Source of the DNA: a virus
Lineage: Duplodnaviria > Caudoviricetes
Reading direction: 5' to 3' (one strand)
IMG/VR virus record: IMGVR_UViG_3300000208_000002
Location: 1 to 52,420 of that record
DNA: 52,420 bases
Numbering within the stretch: position 1 is the first letter of the stretch; every line of letters begins with the position of its first letter. Below are positions 48,201 to 52,420 of the stretch, piece by piece. Both the position numbers and the translations under genes were made by a program. The notes beneath the pieces are model-generated. The model did not search any database. It had not been told where the DNA came from and saw only the letters and a list, made by a program, of their open reading frames with translations.

Positions 48201-51200
48201 TAATAGTTATCGCCTTGCTCATAGTGATTGGAAATATACTGATGTCATTGGAAGTGGAGAAGAAGTATGGACGAATACGTTATTTCCAACAATTGAAAAC
48301 TGGTTTGGATTAAAACATTTGCTTGGAATGGCGGATCTATATTGGTTTGAACGAAAACATTATTATGATCGGCCATATTTATTAACAGGAGAATTATTTA
48401 ATCCAAATACGCCATTACTTGGCGATCTAGGTAATTTGATTATAGGAAATCTTATCAAGCCTGTGCGACAAATGCATATGGAATATTGGGGAGATCCAAT
48501 ACTCGTACAAGAGCAAACAGAACAATATGGAGAGCGTCCTGATTCACCGGTTATAACACGCATTTCTCCTAGTGGTCGAGTAGAATACAATGTGTATGCA
48601 TCACCAGAAGCATATGGCGGTTATGAAGTCAATCAAGAAGCACCAATATTAATTTCAGAGGATGAATTAAATCCAGAGGCACAACAAGTCATAGAACAAA
48701 AATTAGCACCATATGTGGAAAACGATACTCCACCACCAAAGCAATATATATTAATACCTCGGCAAAATGCTGAAACAGGAGAACCAACAGGAGATGTCAT
48801 TATTTACGACACAGAATCAGAAGAAGCCATTTATATGCCAGCTCGCATGCAAGGAGAATATCGAACAATTGATGAAGCATTTTCAGTTGCAAGAGCAGCG
48901 GAAAGTAAACCACCAGAAGATGTGAAAATTAAAACCAAACCAAGAGATTTATACGCACCGGTATATGAGTATCAAAAAAATGTGGATCGCAGAAAATTAA
49001 TGGAGTTGAATGATCCACGAAGCATGGAGTGGAGAGCGCAAGAATTTGCAAGCAACTGGTTAGAGCCACATGGTATTTATAACTGGTTGTTAATGGACGA
49101 ATTTTTACAACGTAATCCATATACAGGACAAATGGTTATAGAAAAAGCGGATAAAGCGTATAATGCTTCGAATGCTTTTTGGGAGATGCAATTAGGTTCA
49201 TTAGGTGGAGAGTTCTCAGAGATTTTCCGCCGTTTTATTCGCAGTGATAGCGCACAATTAGAGGGATATAATCCAATTCGGAATACAATGCCGGATTGGT
49301 TGCCTGGGGCTGATTATTTTATTAACTTCCAAATCGGAGACCCATACTCAAAAATTCCATATGGTGAATATCGTTTGCCTGGTCCAGCTTATGAAGCGTT
49401 AAATGAACTGCATCCTGACCAATTTGGCATGTATGGCGCTTTTGATCGATTCAAAATTTTAGCAGATGTTGCTCCATGGTCAGAGGAATATAAGTTCTGG
49501 AGAGACTATGTAACAAAATACATTGAAGATCCAGAATTACGAAAAGAAGCAGCAGAAATTAAACGACAAGTCGCCAAACGCAAAAAGAAATATGAATTCC
49601 AAGAATACATTTTTAAAGATGCAGAATTAGAAAAATATGAAGTAACCGTCACGAAATTTTTAGATGATTATACATTCTTAACCGAAGAATTTGGAGATAC
49701 ACCAATCCGATTAGCCGGGGTAGATACACGAGTTAAAGCAGAAGGAGTCTTGCAACAATACTTCCAAGAAGGCGATAAAATTGTCATTGGCGTAGCAAAA
49801 GATCCAAATCAGCGTATAGCAGATGACACATACGGAACGATGCGAGCTGTTGTATTCCGTGGATTGGAAAGTTTAAACCGTCAATTAATTGAACGAGGAG
49901 AAATGAAAGAAAATGTGAATGATGCTTCACCTGCTGGTGTTTGGGCACGATTTACACCAGAAGAAATTGCGAAAGGTTCTAGATGGGAATCCATTGCCCA
50001 TTTTGAATCTGCATTGAATACAAAATTTCTTCAAGTACGTACAGCTTTAGAAGAATATGAGCGTGATCAAATTTATGGAAAAGATTTTGGAACATGGGAG
50101 AATTTTGGTATTAGTGATTATTTAATTCCTGCTCTAGATAGAATGAAAGGGAATGATAATCCATTAATGGCTACGATGAGTGGAGCAGGGGTAGGTTTCT
50201 TTATTGGTCGTATTATTTTAGGTGGAGGAAAAAATACAAAATATGGAGTATATTTAGGAGCCGCTACGGGCTTATTGTTAAATCTATATGGACAATTGTA
50301 TAAAGCAATCACTGGAGAGCGATGGATCCCAGAACGAAGAAGAATTGAACATGAGATTAATGAGTATTTCGACATACTCAAGTATTTGAAATTCTCTGGT
50401 TTGTATGAGAAGGCAAAAGAAGAGCTGCGTCACATGGGATATGACGCTGATAAATTAATCCAATACATCGAAGAAAAAGAACAAGAAACCAAAGAAAGAA
50501 GACAGCGATTAGAAGCAGAAAAACGTTGGTTGTATTTGAATCAGCCAAAAGGTTGGGAAGAGCGCAGGAAAGAAATCAATAAAGAACTTGAAGAGATATC
50601 AAAAGAATGGGATACATTGATTCTTCCTGCACCAGTCGCACAAGCTTTGTATTATAAAGAACAACGAGATACAACACTATATGCAATTGATCCTTTTGAA
50701 GACCGAATGAAAATCATTGCGGCATTGCCGTATAAAGATAAGTGGTTCTTTAACGAATTCGTTAATGCTACCGAAGAAGAACGAGAAAAGATTCTAGAAT
50801 TGGTTCCAGAAAACCAAAGACGTATTTATAAGGCTCTTTGGGGATATGGATTAGAGCCTCAAAAACCAATTGAATATTATGCACGAAAATATAATATTCC
50901 AGGTCCAGATTGGCCGGGATGGAGACCAGAATTTAGTCTGGAAGACATTAAATTAAAAGTCGTGCAACAATATGGATTGGATCTAAGTGACTTTAATTAT
51001 TGGCCTGATGATGTAGAAGCAGCTCAATATGTTCCAGACTTGCCATATGAAGATATCCATGCTACTTCTGCAACATTTCGTGGTTATAAAGATGTGGAGC
51101 GCAATATTCGAGAAATCATGCAAGGACAAGGATTATATGATGTGCAAGTGTTAGTTCATCCTTCTTATGGCAACGAAACATATGTTACAATTCATTATGA

Positions 51201-51264
51201 GGAAGATCGAAGCCAAGAAATTGAAAATGAATTTAAATACAATATGGAAAAATATCTTCCATAA
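45271..51264 (+). CDS. Giant virion protein in the tape-measure position, with an SNase-like domain and hydrophobic Gly-rich helices
   Basis: ~2000 aa after chaperones. VTKFLDDYT...IRLAGVDT...DTYG...LNRQLIERG at ~49640-49900. Confidence 0.75.
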   Translation: MQGLQYYKKDESSDYAYRRFLANEEERQEMPLYQKAGLAAIAAAGLLALGHRTGAMRKIAQFLDEEARISLQSIKEVLDEEPALRKEVSMRRLKSIKDRYQQRKQQLLSEYKQKDILSRREFDIQRILRQRQNLLETEIPLHIEEGLRFEAIMKDIRKHALTKDIANQIEDALGRGDFQILKYGTKSEINALLRSSGVRNNDAIKTVLEIRDRHRRTQFIKTEEGKAWVEGVQRKLREFTAKQMQDIARRNGEIKSLIVGHRQATVGDILELHEKGKIQLNTELHVQIQDVLKYNKKFKEAIFDENLYIRTVNGEMQLIDYQVFSDINRGFMKWFADTLPGGLMHIRDALNVRLARERVSFRIFERGTIQPVLNAHMGIHHKEPLRQPVVYVNGKFVRLFDDKTINEDAPLTILNPKRDMYLTSARFGTVGKITRHIGELMTEPKERNKLFELFDIGNQSKDSELREYLSVITKFFDKEWERNIFKQAFRKGVENKDAYYEMDKYFKHFTEGFSPRVLYKIKSYLPEYLQEFIEKNQINFSRDEDILKLFKELHMNNAYRFNSEGEVIGRKKPANWDLYRTYNKYERNPDEFLGREYPIGETNPFIGGNVRVQTGMDIIRQQVGLELIRQMVQIKPAGVIGEEKALLNLRNMISQWRQSGDILKADAQKAEWLISYYMFQQAAKPIYSNEEVALSNLTALFRGKGEAEQQFQRSVEEMIKSTHPIWQSHKSQIIENLIRDEYIAVNKAFSSHTLLGRINEFFTDFPDKAKQLSFFTGRRNMEDVTTLSIFVSYYPWYRLQDALANVGLGFSDASMGSPLQLMSSLFLKRIFPVFAGVTAYKYIDYEVDKYTGVGITERWENYKAYRRLEEAVAREQFGTLEELQRERMLRPGIEHFDDAPSFYIPMIGEVGPGDLFNLIAGTISGTGYASIHKEDTMGVEETYEDITEGVEEIRKGRWWAFGSKSAYRGDRVIQYAPNSYRLAHSDWKYTDVIGSGEEVWTNTLFPTIENWFGLKHLLGMADLYWFERKHYYDRPYLLTGELFNPNTPLLGDLGNLIIGNLIKPVRQMHMEYWGDPILVQEQTEQYGERPDSPVITRISPSGRVEYNVYASPEAYGGYEVNQEAPILISEDELNPEAQQVIEQKLAPYVENDTPPPKQYILIPRQNAETGEPTGDVIIYDTESEEAIYMPARMQGEYRTIDEAFSVARAAESKPPEDVKIKTKPRDLYAPVYEYQKNVDRRKLMELNDPRSMEWRAQEFASNWLEPHGIYNWLLMDEFLQRNPYTGQMVIEKADKAYNASNAFWEMQLGSLGGEFSEIFRRFIRSDSAQLEGYNPIRNTMPDWLPGADYFINFQIGDPYSKIPYGEYRLPGPAYEALNELHPDQFGMYGAFDRFKILADVAPWSEEYKFWRDYVTKYIEDPELRKEAAEIKRQVAKRKKKYEFQEYIFKDAELEKYEVTVTKFLDDYTFLTEEFGDTPIRLAGVDTRVKAEGVLQQYFQEGDKIVIGVAKDPNQRIADDTYGTMRAVVFRGLESLNRQLIERGEMKENVNDASPAGVWARFTPEEIAKGSRWESIAHFESALNTKFLQVRTALEEYERDQIYGKDFGTWENFGISDYLIPALDRMKGNDNPLMATMSGAGVGFFIGRIILGGGKNTKYGVYLGAATGLLLNLYGQLYKAITGERWIPERRRIEHEINEYFDILKYLKFSGLYEKAKEELRHMGYDADKLIQYIEEKEQETKERRQRLEAEKRWLYLNQPKGWEERRKEINKELEEISKEWDTLILPAPVAQALYYKEQRDTTLYAIDPFEDRMKIIAALPYKDKWFFNEFVNATEEEREKILELVPENQRRIYKALWGYGLEPQKPIEYYARKYNIPGPDWPGWRPEFSLEDIKLKVVQQYGLDLSDFNYWPDDVEAAQYVPDLPYEDIHATSATFRGYKDVERNIREIMQGQGLYDVQVLVHPSYGNETYVTIHYEEDRSQEIENEFKYNMEKYLP

Positions 51265-51278
51265 GGATGTGAGAATAA

Positions 51279-52420
51279 ATGGATATGTATGAAGCGCAAA
51301 AACAATTAGAACAAGCGGGAATTCCAATGGTTCTTCCGAAAGAAGGGAATTTCCGCTTAATTGGACAATTCTATTTAATGCAACGAAATTACAAACAAGA
51401 AAATGAAGCATATGAGCGCAATGTAAATAAAATAATTTCATTATTAAATCGTTATGATGGGGAAGTATTGCCGATAGAAGAAAGCAAAATACTTTCCCAT
51501 CTTCGTACTTTTCATCGAACAAACAAAGTAAACGATGCACAACGAGTATTAAGAGAATTTACAAAGTTCACTCAAGCAACGGAGTATTTTACATTTGATA
51601 TTGAAACATTAGGAGATGCTTTGGAACGAAAATCGCCATTTGGTGTGATTGAAATTGCAATGAAAGGATATCGAAAAGATGAACGATTGAATCGTGTGGC
51701 TACGGGTAATAATTTCATTCAATTGATTGCACCGGATAAAGAATTAGAAGATGAGATACGTAAAACAATTCGTCAATTGCGTTCGGATAAATACAGCTTT
51801 CATTCTTTAGAGGAATGGAAGAAACAAACACTTGTAAACTTAATGCGTTATTCTCATTTATCAAACGGTGACACTGGAGCACAATTTATTTATGATGAAC
51901 AGGGTAATTTAATTGATTTGAAACACAATGCAGTAATTTCTCAAGTGTTAGATGAAAGCGATCAAATTATTAGCAGCAAAGTAGTTGCGAATATGTCGCA
52001 GTATTTGAATCACATGGAAGCTGGGTTGCAAATGCTAAAACAACATGGAGAGCAAATTGAAAAAGCTATTCAGCGTTATCAAGATTTTTTACAGCAACAT
52101 TCTAATGCATACTTTGTCTCTTACAATGGTGAGTATTTTGATATTCCTGTATTAGAAGAATGGGGAAAACGTCATAGCATACCAGTATCTGGACCAAGAC
52201 AACATTTAGATTACATGAAGGCAATTCGTGTTATTTCTCCAAATATACAGGATTTACATGAAGAATTGGGGCGAAACATTGAGAGAAAACCTTTTATAAC
52301 CACAATGGGAACGCTTCAAGAGTTTCGCCGCACATTAGGATTTGATACTTCCAAGGCGCATAGTGCTTTGCATGATATTGGAGATGAAGGTTTAGGAGGT
52401 TTGATTCAACGAAGCGCACC
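51279..52420 (+). CDS. DEDDh (DnaQ-like) 3'-5' exonuclease-domain protein, 3'-truncated by the window end
   Basis: Not in the ORF track. ATG 51279; in-frame ExoI FDIET (51594), ExoII YNGEYFD (52122), ExoIII HSALHD (52359). Confidence 0.85.
   Translation, partial: MDMYEAQKQLEQAGIPMVLPKEGNFRLIGQFYLMQRNYKQENEAYERNVNKIISLLNRYDGEVLPIEESKILSHLRTFHRTNKVNDAQRVLREFTKFTQATEYFTFDIETLGDALERKSPFGVIEIAMKGYRKDERLNRVATGNNFIQLIAPDKELEDEIRKTIRQLRSDKYSFHSLEEWKKQTLVNLMRYSHLSNGDTGAQFIYDEQGNLIDLKHNAVISQVLDESDQIISSKVVANMSQYLNHMEAGLQMLKQHGEQIEKAIQRYQDFLQQHSNAYFVSYNGEYFDIPVLEEWGKRHSIPVSGPRQHLDYMKAIRVISPNIQDLHEELGRNIERKPFITTMGTLQEFRRTLGFDTSKAHSALHDIGDEGLGGLIQRSA

Noticed and set aside
2465-51540. Numerous short antisense ORFs nested in long genes
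   Set aside because: No RBS or motifs; expected shadow frames of AT-rich coding DNA.

Overview
A 52.4 kb segment of a large contractile-tailed phage (myovirus-type) of a Bacillaceae-like host; host inferred from the tRNA sequences, Shine-Dalgarno and sigmaA-like signals. The left arm (1-6340, minus strand) carries a YonO-like / eukaryotic-RdRP-fold single-subunit RNA polymerase, a few small ORFs and long structured or repeat-rich non-coding stretches. From about 6400 everything reads on the plus strand. First come a stand-alone terminase-ATPase-like ORF, a partly decayed host-like cluster of 11 tRNA-like genes (two are chimeras), and an actin-like ParM plus small adaptor pair. Then follows a head and tail morphogenesis region: TerS-like gene, glycine-zipper small proteins, TerL split by two group I introns, portal-MuF fusion, protease, major capsid protein split by a third group I intron, neck, sheath, three tube paralogs, chaperones, a 2000-aa protein with an SNase-like domain, and a DEDDh exonuclease-domain ORF running off the end. 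Most unusual: a group I intron carrying a non-nuclease ORF in its P1 loop, non-coding segments that display anti-Shine-Dalgarno sequences, a recurring 14-bp operator-like palindrome, and a nuclease-less TerL paralog. All protein calls come from motif recognition by eye, not from database searches.
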